Notes: generated by a model not told the origin, from the letters alone. DNA of 64,000 nucleotides from an uncultured Gemmatimonadaceae bacterium (GCA_963790305.1 CAWBOC010000003.1:122479-186478), one strand, 5' to 3'; positions 38,713 to 48,287 are shown, counted from the stretch's first letter. Program-made: numbers and translations.

Positions 38713-39245
38713 CCTATTCGCTTGCCCGTGATGGCAACGCTTGTCAGCGCCAACAGGGCGGCAGCGCCGGCGATCAGCAGGGGCAGCCGCGACGAGCCGT
38801 CCCCCTCGGCATGAATCTCGGTCGCTGACGCGGGGCGATCGGAATCCTCCGGGCCCGCCCACTCAATGCGCTCGCCACTGGCGTACGTCTGATCCACCGG
38901 CCAAACGAGGCGAGTGTCACGCTCCGGGTTCACGGCCATGAATGGGAATTCCACGAACCTGCCCGGAGGGAGGGAGCCGGTCCACACCGCGGCGGTGACG
39001 CGGTTCGCCGAATCCCGCACCATCTGGAGCTGCCACCCCGCAACCTCGGCGAAGGAAATGACCCGGACGTCGGCCGGGAAGCGAATCTCCACCCGCGTCG
39101 TCGGCACGTCGAGCTCGTTAGGTACACGCAGCAGATAGCGCTGGTAGGCCCGCGGCGTCGAGCGCGCGGGCTCGACGACGGCGTGCGCGCGCGCGACGGC
39201 GGGCAGGAGCGCGCCGATGAGGCACAGCGTGGCGATGCGGATCAT
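38694..39245 (-). CDS. YcnI-family (DUF1775) periplasmic copper-binding protein with C-terminal TM anchor
   Basis: From MIRIATLCLIGALLPAVARAHAVVEP within ORF 38694..39482(-), with YQRYLLRVPNELDVPTTRVEIRFP...GW. Its ATG overlaps the TonB receptor stop (ATGA). Confidence 0.75.
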   Translation of the reverse strand: MIRIATLCLIGALLPAVARAHAVVEPARSTPRAYQRYLLRVPNELDVPTTRVEIRFPADVRVISFAEVAGWQLQMVRDSANRVTAAVWTGSLPPGRFVEFPFMAVNPERDTRLVWPVDQTYASGERIEWAGPEDSDRPASATEIHAEGDGSSRLPLLIAGAAALLALTSVAITGKRIGQRSRV

Positions 39246-41527
39246 CGTGACCACCGGAGTCCAGCATAGATCGCGCGGCGGTCGGCCGGCTCGAAGAAGC
39301 GGCCGGCGGCGTTGTCCACCTGTACTGACGCCGAGTAGCGGCGGTCGAGCAGGTTGCGCCCCTCGACGAACGCGGTGAACCCCGCGCGTGCGCTGCTCCA
39401 CTCTGTGCGAAGGCCCAGCGTCACCCAGCCGTCGTTTTTCATCGTGTTTTCGCTGTTCATGTCGTAGGCCGAAGGAACCCACTCGACCTGCGGCACGATC
39501 GACAGGCCCGTCGCCGGCTCGAGCTTCAGCTCGCCCGCGAGGTGATGCGCCGGAGCGCCCGGGATGTCGTTGCCTCCGAACGTCGAGTCATCGACATACG
39601 TGAACTTCGCGAACGTGTAAGCGATTCGGGTGCGGACTCCGCCGGTGAGCTGGTAGCCGAATCCCGCCTCGAGCCCGCTGTGGCGCGTCCGCGCCGCGTT
39701 GCGATACGAAGGCACCGTGAACGTGGCGCCTGGAAATGGCCTCACGTTGATGTTGAGGATCTCGTCGCGCAGCTCAATGTCGAAGAGCGAAAGCTCCCAG
39801 GTGAGCGCAGAGCTCCGGCCGCGAGCGCCGAGCTCGAGCTGCCAGGCATCCTGCGCGTCGAGATCGATGAAGCCGCCGGGGTTACCGAAGCTCGCCAGCT
39901 CGAGGAGCAATGGCGGCTCGACGGTGCGGCTCACGTTGGCGAACACGCTCCCGCGCAGTGAGGGAACGTCGTACAACACCCCGACCCGTGGCGCGACCGG
40001 TGTGAAGACGCGACGGTCGGATTGATCGCCATTGCCGAGGAATCGGTCGGCGACGGTGCGCCGCGAATAGTCGAATCGCGCTCCGAGAACCGCCGTGAGA
40101 CGATCGGTGATTCCGATCGCGTCCTCGAGGTAGATGCCGAGATTGGCGACTTTGTCCTTCTCGTCGCGTGTCGGAGCGCCGTGCTCTCCGCGCACGTTCT
40201 GAAACTGCCGGTTGTCCATGTCCTGCCACGCCGGCTGCACGCCGAGCGTGAGGCGGTGCTCACGTCCAGCAATCGGGGTCATGTTCTCGTAGCGAAGCTC
40301 GACGCCAACATCGCGACTCAGCTGCGCGATCACCTCGAAAATGGGATGATCGATGTCGCGATACTGGAGGTACGGACTCACCTCGAGCCGCTGCGTCGGC
40401 GTAAGCTGTGCTCGCAGCTGTGCGCCTAAGTGGTGCAGGTCGTAGTCGCGACCCCAGCGGTTGGTCACGTTGTTGGCGACCGCCTGCTCGGGACGCGCGT
40501 CGAGCTCGGCGCGTGTCAGCGCGCCGGGCAAATGCTCTCGAACGCGCGCAAAGAAGTAGAACGCTCGCGCGTCGAGGGTATTGGTGAGACGGTGCCCCGC
40601 ATGCACGTTCACGCGGTCGCGCCGCTGATCCGACCAGTCGCGGTAGCCGTCGAGCTCCGTGCGTGCGTAGCTCGCGTAGTAGTTGAAGTCGCCGAGGACC
40701 GCGCCCGACGAGAGCTGCGCCTTGTAGAAGCCGAATGCCCCGCCCTGCGCAAACAACGAGAACGGCCGGGAGGTATGGCCGGTCTTGGTGTTGATGCTGA
40801 TGGCGCCGCCGAGCGTGGACCCGCCGTAGCGGAGCGCGTTGGCTCCCTTGTAGACCTCGATCGCTTCGGCGGTGAGGAGCTCGAGGGACTCGAAGTCGGT
40901 GAAGCCGTCAGCGTTGCGATACGGCATGCCGTTCACGAGCAGGTTGATGCCGCGCGCGTGGAAGTTGTTGCGCAAACCGGAGCCGCGCACGGAGATCTGA
41001 CTCTCGTCGGCGGCGCCGAAGCGCGGCTGTACGTACACTCCGGGTGTGAAGCTCAACACATCCTTGAGGTTCGCCTGTCGCGTCGAGCGAATCTCCTCCG
41101 GAGGCACGAGCGAGACCGCACCGGGTACGCGAGCCATTCGCGCCCGAGTGTCGGCGATGTCGGAGCGGCTGCCAATGACGGTCACGGCGGCCAGGGTGGC
41201 GACGTCGGGTGCGAGTACGATGTCGACGGTGGTGACGACATCGCTGGCGACGTCAATGGTGCGACTGGAGGCGACGTACCCGACGCGAAGCGCCTGGATC
41301 GCATGCACGCCCGGCGGAACGTTCTCGATGCGGAACGCGCCGGCGGTATCGGTTTGGGCGACGGGGCTCGCCCCGTCGATCGAGATGAATGCGCCGACGA
41401 TGGGAGTCGCCGAATCCGCGGACAGCACGCGACCAGCGATCGCGGTCGCTGCCTGGGCCGGCAGCGACGAGGCGAAGGCGAGCGTCATACACCCCATGAC
41501 GCCCAGGAACACACAATGGACGGACAT
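39242..41527 (-). CDS. TonB-dependent receptor with N-terminal CarboxypepD_reg domain (possibly copper-related)
   Basis: Intact 761-aa ORF with a signal peptide, a carboxypeptidase-regulatory-like domain (GRVLSADSATPIVGAFISIDG...FRIENVPPGVHAI), a plug (IEVYKGANALRYGGSTLGGAI) and a C-terminal barrel ending ...YAGLRWSR. Confidence 0.9.
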   Translation of the reverse strand: MSVHCVFLGVMGCMTLAFASSLPAQAATAIAGRVLSADSATPIVGAFISIDGASPVAQTDTAGAFRIENVPPGVHAIQALRVGYVASSRTIDVASDVVTTVDIVLAPDVATLAAVTVIGSRSDIADTRARMARVPGAVSLVPPEEIRSTRQANLKDVLSFTPGVYVQPRFGAADESQISVRGSGLRNNFHARGINLLVNGMPYRNADGFTDFESLELLTAEAIEVYKGANALRYGGSTLGGAISINTKTGHTSRPFSLFAQGGAFGFYKAQLSSGAVLGDFNYYASYARTELDGYRDWSDQRRDRVNVHAGHRLTNTLDARAFYFFARVREHLPGALTRAELDARPEQAVANNVTNRWGRDYDLHHLGAQLRAQLTPTQRLEVSPYLQYRDIDHPIFEVIAQLSRDVGVELRYENMTPIAGREHRLTLGVQPAWQDMDNRQFQNVRGEHGAPTRDEKDKVANLGIYLEDAIGITDRLTAVLGARFDYSRRTVADRFLGNGDQSDRRVFTPVAPRVGVLYDVPSLRGSVFANVSRTVEPPLLLELASFGNPGGFIDLDAQDAWQLELGARGRSSALTWELSLFDIELRDEILNINVRPFPGATFTVPSYRNAARTRHSGLEAGFGYQLTGGVRTRIAYTFAKFTYVDDSTFGGNDIPGAPAHHLAGELKLEPATGLSIVPQVEWVPSAYDMNSENTMKNDGWVTLGLRTEWSSARAGFTAFVEGRNLLDRRYSASVQVDNAAGRFFEPADRRAIYAGLRWSR

Positions 41528-41591
41528 ACCCCTCCCGGGATGGACGTTGTGCGCCCGCCCGGTGAGACCGATGGGTTGTTAGGCGGGCGAG

Positions 41592-41963
41592 CTACGCGAG
41601 ACTGCGGAGCTCGGGAGGTCCGTTCGCATACGGGAGGAAGAAGGCCGGTGCCGGGATGCGTGGCAGCTCGACCTCGAGACCCGGCCCATCGCTGGTCCGG
41701 GGAGGCGCGGCGGTGAACCGCTGCTCGGCGCTCGAGAGCGCCACGGAAAAACCACCCGCGCTACAGTCGCCGACGCAGGTACACGCGGCCTGCTCGCCGT
41801 TCGGGCTCGGCTGCTGGTGGGCGTGCGCGCCCGCGTGGCCCTCGGTGGACACGGGCGCAGCGTGGACAGGACAGAGATGCAGCGCCGCCGGTTCGGTCGT
41901 GACGACGACGAACCAGGTCAGCACGAGGGCTCGGAAGGCGCGCTTCAACCAGTGGCGAGGCAT
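41592..41963 (-). CDS. Cys/His-rich membrane-anchored protein (DUF2946-like)
   Basis: From MPRHWLKRAFRALVLTWFVVV within ORF 41592..42008(-), with LHLCPVHA...HAGAHAHQQ...ACTCVGDC. It is the first gene upstream of the TonB receptor. The family call is tentative. Confidence 0.4.
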   Translation of the reverse strand: MPRHWLKRAFRALVLTWFVVVTTEPAALHLCPVHAAPVSTEGHAGAHAHQQPSPNGEQAACTCVGDCSAGGFSVALSSAEQRFTAAPPRTSDGPGLEVELPRIPAPAFFLPYANGPPELRSLA

Positions 41964-42246
41964 TGGGCTCTGTGGACCCCAATTTATGCGGCCGCTCGCG
42001 TTCCCCAAAGGGAGCGCGGCCAGGGTCTACGGAACTACGGTCAAGCTGGCGTAGAGTCAGGCGACGTCGAACCTAACCGGGCCAATGTCATAGTACCGGT
42101 TATCGAGGAAGCGTCCCGCATCACGGAGCGCGTTGGAATGGTCACAAACGCCACGGATCGTCGCGGGACGTGACGAGAGCGTCGCGCCGCCCGTCAAGCT
42201 CACGGTGATTCGCGCCAACCCACCGTCGCACGAGCGAGCTGCAGGG

Positions 42247-43026
42247 ATGGGAATCGTCGCCGCGCTGCTCTCAGAACGTCTGCGCCAAAACCGCTTGCGC
42301 ACTGCCCTGCGCGAGCGGCATCAGTTCGTGGTCGCGACCACCTGGACGGAGTTCCTCGAGCTCTGCGACTCGGCACCGGTTACCGCGGCGGTGATCGACC
42401 TCAAGGACTATGCGCAGCCGACGTTCGATGAGCTCCGCAAGTTCCGGCTGCGTCACGGATCCACCGCACTCGTCCTCTACATCTCCGTCCCGCCGGTCTC
42501 GGTGCAGGACGTGTTCGAGGCGGGGCGTTTTGGCTTCGACGCGATGGTCGTCGCCGACGAGCAGGACGATCCGCAGGCTCTGCAGAGCGTCATCGAGCGG
42601 GCCATGGCACGCGGCGTCGGCGAGCTGCTGCGAAAGGGACTCGTGAACACCGCGCCGACCGCCCGCGACGCAGCACTCGCCTGCGTGGCACGTGCGCACG
42701 AGCGGCTGTCGCCGGAAAAGCTTTCACGACTGCTCGGAGTGAGGCGGCGCGCGCTCACCGATCGACTCGTTCGTGCGGGCTTCCCCGCCCCGCAACGCCT
42801 CATCGCCTGGGGGCGACTGATCGTCGCCGCCCGACTGCTCGAAGATCCGGACCGGAAGGTCGACGCGATCGCGATGACACTCGATTTTCCGTCGGGAAGC
42901 GCGTTCAGAAATACCTGCCAGCGCTACCTCGGCGCCACGCCGCAGGAAATGCGCGCTCGCGGAGGGGCCGGCTACGTCGTCGGAGCGTTTCTCGGGACGA
43001 TCGCGCGCGTCGGGGAGCCTGCCTAA
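42247..43026 (+). CDS. AraC-type HTH regulator with receiver-like N-terminal domain
   Basis: From MGIVAALL within ORF 42133..43026. The C-terminus DAIAMTLDFPSGSAFRNTCQRYLGATPQEMR is an AraC HTH. The N-terminal part resembles a CheY-like fold (AAVIDLKD...). Confidence 0.7.
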   Translation: MGIVAALLSERLRQNRLRTALRERHQFVVATTWTEFLELCDSAPVTAAVIDLKDYAQPTFDELRKFRLRHGSTALVLYISVPPVSVQDVFEAGRFGFDAMVVADEQDDPQALQSVIERAMARGVGELLRKGLVNTAPTARDAALACVARAHERLSPEKLSRLLGVRRRALTDRLVRAGFPAPQRLIAWGRLIVAARLLEDPDRKVDAIAMTLDFPSGSAFRNTCQRYLGATPQEMRARGGAGYVVGAFLGTIARVGEPA

Positions 43027-43033
43027 CTAGACC

Positions 43034-44134
43034 TCAGTACGACGCCCAGTTGTCCGCCCACGCGTTGTCGAGCGGAACGACGCCGGCGAAGGGCCGGAGC
43101 GCGCGCGCCATGAGACAGGAGTTGTAGCGGAAGATCTTGGTTCCGTTCGCGATGTCGCTCACCGGGACGGCTATCCCGATCTGCTTGTTGAGGCCGCTGA
43201 TGGCCGCGCCGCGGATGGTGGTGGATCCGTTCGAGGTCACTGTGCCCCCGACGAGCAGGATCCCATCCCAGGACTGGCCGCCGCCGATGGTGAAGTTGCC
43301 GGTGACGATCAGGATTCCGCGACCGCTGGCTGGGAGCGCGACATCCCCGGTGACCTTGATGATCGGCCAGAAGCTGGTATCCGCGAACGCCGCCGCGGTC
43401 GGAAAGGCCTGCGGCGGGACGGTGATCGTCGGAACGAGTGACGATCCGCTGAGCACGCCCGCCCAGTCCACGCGCGCCGAGTCGTTCGACGACGGCTGCG
43501 GGCCGAGGTCCTTGATCGGCGGGTTGCCGGCAGGAATCGACGTACCACCGCTCTGCGTGTAGCCTGGCGCCGTTGGCACGGCGACGCCGGCGACCGCGGG
43601 CAGCATGCCGCATTCGTCGACGCCGTTCATCGTTCCCGAGCCACCGTTCTTGTTGATGCCGGAGAGGCTCGTCCACGCGCCGGGGACGCTCAAATTTCCC
43701 GTTTCCCACTTGAAGATCTGACCGACGGTGCGCGTCGCGGCCGGCTGGCCGGGCATGCGAGGATTCGTACGCACGCCGGTCGAACGCAGCGCGTACAACC
43801 CGGGTCGCCCGCCAAACGACTGGCGAATGCGCGTGACGACGACGTCCGCATAGCCTCCGCCCTGTACGACGCGAAGCGATTCGGATGCCGCCGGCTCGCC
43901 GACGAATCCGAAGGACGCGCGATCGACCAGATACCGCTCGCGCCCCGATTCAGCGAGGGCGAACGCCTCGATTTGCTCCTGCTGGTTGTCGACTGCACGC
44001 GACTCATTCGAGTTGATCGTGAACGCCGCGGTGAGCGACAGCGCAAGGATTACCATCAACAGAATGACGACCGGCAGCGCCGCGCCACGCCTGCTGCGGC
44101 GCGCGAGCGGCCTAACGACCCGAAGCGGGCTCAT
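43034..44134 (-). CDS. PilX/GspK-like minor pseudopilin (large, no Glu5)
   Basis: Intact 366-aa ORF with N-terminus RRGAALPVVILLMVILALSLTAAF. The C-terminus has beta-helix-like GILIVTGNFTIGGGQSWDGILLVGGTVTSNG. It is the last gene of the pseudopilin operon. Confidence 0.65.
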   Translation of the reverse strand: MSPLRVVRPLARRSRRGAALPVVILLMVILALSLTAAFTINSNESRAVDNQQEQIEAFALAESGRERYLVDRASFGFVGEPAASESLRVVQGGGYADVVVTRIRQSFGGRPGLYALRSTGVRTNPRMPGQPAATRTVGQIFKWETGNLSVPGAWTSLSGINKNGGSGTMNGVDECGMLPAVAGVAVPTAPGYTQSGGTSIPAGNPPIKDLGPQPSSNDSARVDWAGVLSGSSLVPTITVPPQAFPTAAAFADTSFWPIIKVTGDVALPASGRGILIVTGNFTIGGGQSWDGILLVGGTVTSNGSTTIRGAAISGLNKQIGIAVPVSDIANGTKIFRYNSCLMARALRPFAGVVPLDNAWADNWASY

Positions 44135-44964
44135 AGTCTATTCCTGAAGAAGACCGACGTCGTGAGTGCCGAGCGCTGGTGCCCGCCGGTAAGACGCGGT
44201 GTGGACTCGCTGGCGCCCGTGAGGACGAGCTCGAAGCCACGAATCTCGTTCAGCGGCGGGACGGCATCCTGCGCGGTATTGGCATTCAGCTGGTAGAACC
44301 GGAAGCGCGAGGTCACATCGAACGGCGCCGCGAGCTCCTCGCGCGCGCCCGTCGCCTCGATCCGGCGCCAGAGCGCAACCCGGCCCGGGATGGCGGCCGA
44401 CCCCGCGAAGAAGTACGTCGTGCGCCGCGTCAGCATGACCACCGTTCCAAGGTCAACGCCCACGGGAAGTCCGGGCACGAGACCCATGCGGACACTTCCC
44501 GGTGGCGGCTGGAGCCCGGAGGCAACGCACTGGCCGGGGACGGGCGCGTTGAGCGCGGCCCCGCCTTCGACGTAGTTGTACGGACCCAGGCGGCCGCGCC
44601 ACGCGTAGCCGGTGAACCCCGGCTCGGCGAGCATCGCCGAGTCGGTGGGGAGAAGCGCGACGGTCGCGACGCCGCCGACCGTGCCGCAGTAGACGCCTAA
44701 CGTATACGGCACCCGGAGGGTAACCGAGTTCGACGTCGCGGCAATGACGCCCTGCGTCCCGTCCACCATGCGCATCTCGCTGAGCAGCACATTGACCGCC
44801 GCGCGTGAGACGGAGCGGGCGCTACGGCCCGCACCCTGATGCTCGTAGAAGCGCGCCTGCGAGGTGAGCATGCGCACGATGCCGCCGCCGACGATCCCGA
44901 GAACGATGACCGTGACGAGGAGCTCGATGATCGTGAGACCCGAGCGTCGGCGAAGGGTGATCAT
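44131..44964 (-). CDS. PilW/GspJ-like minor pseudopilin
   Basis: Intact 277-aa ORF with a prepilin-type N-terminus RRRSG/LTIIELLVTVIVLGIVGGG. Confidence 0.7.
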   Translation of the reverse strand: MITLRRRSGLTIIELLVTVIVLGIVGGGIVRMLTSQARFYEHQGAGRSARSVSRAAVNVLLSEMRMVDGTQGVIAATSNSVTLRVPYTLGVYCGTVGGVATVALLPTDSAMLAEPGFTGYAWRGRLGPYNYVEGGAALNAPVPGQCVASGLQPPPGSVRMGLVPGLPVGVDLGTVVMLTRRTTYFFAGSAAIPGRVALWRRIEATGAREELAAPFDVTSRFRFYQLNANTAQDAVPPLNEIRGFELVLTGASESTPRLTGGHQRSALTTSVFFRNRL

Positions 44965-44967
44965 GGC

Positions 44968-45396
44968 TTAGAAGAGGTTGAGCGGATGGTACTGCCTGGG
45001 CCGCGTCCGCTCGAGGATCACGGTATCGGGACGGAGCGCCGTGTTGTTCGGGCGGAGAATGAACGTGACGCGACGACGGCCGGCGACAATGTCCTGCACC
45101 GCGACGCACTCCGTGCGAGGCACCAGCCCCGTAGAAATGCTCGTGCACCCCACGCGGGTCGGGAGTGTGTCGTAGGGCAGTACTTCGAGGCGGTTGATCT
45201 GAGCGGCGAGCGCGCCCGCTCGAACTGATGCGAGACCGTTGATCCGAGAGCCTCGGGCGACCTGGGTCGTGAAGCCGGCGATCCCCGCCGTCACCATGGC
45301 GAAGATGGTCAGCGCCACAACGACCTCAATGAGCGTGATGCCGCGGCGAAGCGCGGCATTACCGGGACCCGTTCGGCGTCGAAGCTGGGTTCGCAT
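44968..45396 (-). CDS. PilV/GspI-like minor pseudopilin
   Basis: Intact 142-aa ORF with LRRG/ITLIEVVVALTIFAMV. Confidence 0.7.
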   Translation of the reverse strand: MRTQLRRRTGPGNAALRRGITLIEVVVALTIFAMVTAGIAGFTTQVARGSRINGLASVRAGALAAQINRLEVLPYDTLPTRVGCTSISTGLVPRTECVAVQDIVAGRRRVTFILRPNNTALRPDTVILERTRPRQYHPLNLF

Positions 45397-45401
45397 AGGT
45401 A

Positions 45402-45887
45402 TTAGGGGCTCAGACGCACGTGGCCGCCGCGGGTCATTGTGACGGTCCGCGAGTAGCCACCTGCCGATATAGTGACGATCGTGGAGGCCGTCGCGACACC
45501 GTGCGGGAGAAGATCCACCGTAGACGGCGCGCCGGCGACCGAATAAAGCTTGTATTCGCTGAGGGCACCCAGAGCGCGGCGCGAGATGAGCTGCCCGCTC
45601 GCGCGGTCGATCAGCCGGATCTCCTTCGCCGAGCCGTCGATGACGACGCGGACCGGCCGGCGCTGGCGTCCCGCAATGGAGAGGGCCTGCTCGAGGTCCC
45701 CGGCCACGACGCGGGCGGCGCTATTGACGCGGGAGTGCGAAATGTCCTTCGAGACGTTCGGCGCCACCATGCCGACCATGATTCCCAGCATGGAGACCGT
45801 CACCATCATCTCGATGAGCGAGAAGCCGGCGCGGAGGGCGCGAGTCGGGTGTGCGAGTCGGGTAATCATGGCCCCCTGTATAGGCAC
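45402..45887 (-). CDS. FimT/GspH-family pseudopilin (copy 2)
   Basis: Intact 161-aa ORF with LRAG/FSLIEMMVTVSMLGIMVGMVAPN and SHSRVNSAARVVAGDLEQALSIAGRQRRPVRV. It is a paralog of the 46071..46529 product. Confidence 0.75.
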   Translation of the reverse strand: MPIQGAMITRLAHPTRALRAGFSLIEMMVTVSMLGIMVGMVAPNVSKDISHSRVNSAARVVAGDLEQALSIAGRQRRPVRVVIDGSAKEIRLIDRASGQLISRRALGALSEYKLYSVAGAPSTVDLLPHGVATASTIVTISAGGYSRTVTMTRGGHVRLSP

Positions 45888-46070
45888 GGCGCATACCCGC
45901 TGGTGGCACTAAGTTAAGTCGTTATTTAGCAGCTACTTATAATCTTTTTCTAATCTTCTGGCGGGCGTAATGACCGGGCATCGTGCGAGAGGTGCGGCAT
46001 ATCGCGACATGCCAGGCAAAAACGGTCGTTTAGTACGAAAATGGGTTGTCCGCCTGTGAGTCGGTCCTGG

Positions 46071-46529
46071 CTACGGCTGAATCCTCACCAGTCCCGCCCG
46101 CGTCAGGGTCACCTGTCTCGAGTAGGAACCAATGCCCACCGTCAGCGTCGCCGCCGACGTCGCCATGCCCTGCGGAAGGAGGTCGACCGACGCCGGGGAT
46201 GAGCTCAACGTCTCGACCTTGAAGTCGGAGTTCGGTCCGTAGCTACGCCGCGTAATCACGGTTCCGGCCGCGCGGTCGGCGATGAGCACCGAGCGTTGCC
46301 CCGGATCCACCGTCACACGAACCGGAGAGCGTTGGCGGCCCGCCAAGGACAGCGCGCTCTCGAGATCGGCGGCCAGAATGTGCACGGCGTTGTTGACCCG
46401 CGAGTGGCTGATCTGCCGCGACACCACCGGCGTCAAAGCCCCCACGAGGATGCCGAGAATCACGATCGCGATGAGCGCCTCGATGAGCGTGAAGGCGGCG
46501 CGATACCGATTGAAAGGCGAAGCGTGCAT
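46071..46529 (-). CDS. FimT/GspH-family pseudopilin (copy 1)
   Basis: Intact 152-aa ORF with YRAA/FTLIEALIAIVILGILVGALTP and SHSRVNNAVHILAADLESALSLAGRQRSPVRV. Confidence 0.75.
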   Translation of the reverse strand: MHASPFNRYRAAFTLIEALIAIVILGILVGALTPVVSRQISHSRVNNAVHILAADLESALSLAGRQRSPVRVTVDPGQRSVLIADRAAGTVITRRSYGPNSDFKVETLSSSPASVDLLPQGMATSAATLTVGIGSYSRQVTLTRAGLVRIQP

Positions 46530-46559
46530 GTTGGCGTCTCCTCAAGGGAGACGACCGGG

Positions 46560-47484
46560 CTACGAGAGCGTCTCGCCACCCATGAGCACCGCCATGATCG
46601 CCTTCTGCACGTGAAGGCGATTCTCGGCCTCATCCCATACGCGGCTCTGTTTGCCCTCGATCACCTCCGCCGCCACCTCCTCGCCACGGTGTGCGGGCAG
46701 GCAATGCAGGAAGATCGCGTCAGAGGCCGCGCGCTTCATGAGCGCCGGGTCCACAATGAACCCGCGGAATGCTTTCGCACGCGTCGCCTGTTCCTCCTCC
46801 TGCCCCATCGACGCCCACACGTCGGTGTTGATGACGTGCGCGCCCTCAGCGGCTTCCTTCGGGTCGCGGACGACGCGTGACCTTCGCGTTGGTACGCGCT
46901 CGCTCGACCAGCTTGGGATCGGGGTCGTAGCCCTGGGGACAGGCGAGCACCAGCTCGAACCCCAGGCGATAGGCGGCATTGATCCACGAGTTCGCCATGT
47001 TGTTGCCGTCGCCAATCCAGGCAATCCGCTTCCCGTCCCACCCGCCGAGGTGCTGCCTAACGGTCAGCAGGTCGGCCAGCACCTGGCAGGGGTGGAGCCA
47101 GTCGGTGAGCCCGTTGATCACCGGGATGTCCGCGTACTTGGCGAGCTCCTCGATCTCGGCGTGGGCGAAGGTGCGGATCATGATCCCGTCGACATAGCGG
47201 GAGAGCACGCGCGCCGTGTCGGCGATCGGCTCCCCACGGCCGAGCTGTACATCGCGAGGAGAGAGAAAGAGGGCGTGCCCGCCGAGCTGCCAGGTGCCCA
47301 CCTCGAAGGAAACGCGTGTGCGCGTGGAAGACTTCATGAAGATCATCGCCAAGGATTTGCCGGCGAGCGGCTTCTTCATGTAGCGGCCCTGCGACATCGT
47401 GTCGGCAAGATCGAAGAGCCGGTGCAACTCCTCGGGAGAGAAATCGGGGATTGCCAGGAAGTCGCGATGCGGGCGGTCGGGCAT
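46560..47484 (-). pseudogene. argF: Ornithine carbamoyltransferase, one frame break as assembled
   Basis: ORF 46846..47484 (FMKSSTRTRVSFEVG, HPCQVLADL) plus ORF 46560..47024 (DVWASMGQEEE, FLHCLPAHRGEEV). Confidence 0.88.
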
Positions 47485-47486
47485 GG

Positions 47487-47512
47487 AGAACGCGATTGCG
47501 GATTGCGGATTG
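47487..47512. repeat. Direct heptamer tract (GATTGCG x3), no clear inverted partner
   Basis: GCGATTGCGGATTGCGGATTGCGGAG immediately upstream of the argF start. A shorter copy (GGATTGCGGATTGCG) lies at about 35747-35762. Confidence 0.7.
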
Positions 47513-47699
47513 CGGAGTTATTACGGCCATAGCCGCGGCGAATGCGGGGAAGTTAGCCAACTCGGGCGGTCGGTCGCGAGAGGGAAGGCGACGCTGTCCG
47601 GCGCGAAGGGAGTCCGACAGGCTCCGGCCCCGCACTTGCGTTAGGTGCAGTGCGCGCCACACGGGTGGCGGCACAAGGGCCATCGACTGCGGGGGACGT

Positions 47700-48263
47700 A
47701 TGAGGACAACGTTCACGATCGTCGGCGTACTGGCGCTCACGGTAGCGGCGCCGCACGCGCAATCGCAGACCGGATCGCGTGTGAAGCTTGGGGCGGCGTT
47801 CGGTCCCGGGTGGGAGACGCGAGGCGCGGGAGGTCCGTCGGGAACGCACTTCGCGCTCAGCGCGACGCTGCGCCCGGCTACGTCTCTCTTCAGCTATCGG
47901 CTCGAGACCATGCTCGACGCCACCGAGCAGCTGCGTCACCGTCCTGTCGCGGTGACCGACATTCGTCGCCACGCGACGTTCGCGCTGACCGTCAGCGCGG
48001 TTCGCCGGTTCTCGAAGAATCCGGTCGGCCTCTACGCGATCGGCGGCCTCGGGCTCTACCATCAGTGGAACGAGCAGATCCTCAACGATGACCAGCCCGA
48101 AACGGAATCGCAGCGGGGCGTGTGGTCGAATGCACGTGCCGGTCTGAACGCGGGACTCGGCTACTCATTCCATCTCAAGGGTCAGGAGATGTTCGTGGAG
48201 TCCAGGTACCACACGACGGGGTTCCAGTCGAGGATTCCGCTGTCCTTCGGGATTCGAATCTGA
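47700..48263 (+). CDS. Small outer-membrane beta-barrel protein
   Basis: From MRTTFTIVGVLALTVAAPHAQSQ within ORF 47451..48263. It has beta-strand periodicity and a C-terminal ...SFGIRI. It resembles the 16050..16751 product in type. Confidence 0.6.
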   Translation: MRTTFTIVGVLALTVAAPHAQSQTGSRVKLGAAFGPGWETRGAGGPSGTHFALSATLRPATSLFSYRLETMLDATEQLRHRPVAVTDIRRHATFALTVSAVRRFSKNPVGLYAIGGLGLYHQWNEQILNDDQPETESQRGVWSNARAGLNAGLGYSFHLKGQEMFVESRYHTTGFQSRIPLSFGIRI

Positions 48264-48287
48264 CGGGTTAGTCGAGGTCGTGACGGC

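Noticed and set aside
46015-46035. Sigma54 promoter (TGGCAT-N-..GC) upstream of the second FimT/GspH gene, which would link the pseudopilin operon to the sigma54 activator at 34-36 kb
   Set aside because: The GG and GC elements are separated by about 3 nt more than the canonical GG-N10-GC spacing. The TGGCAC at about 45913 is on the wrong strand. Not supportable without a TSS.
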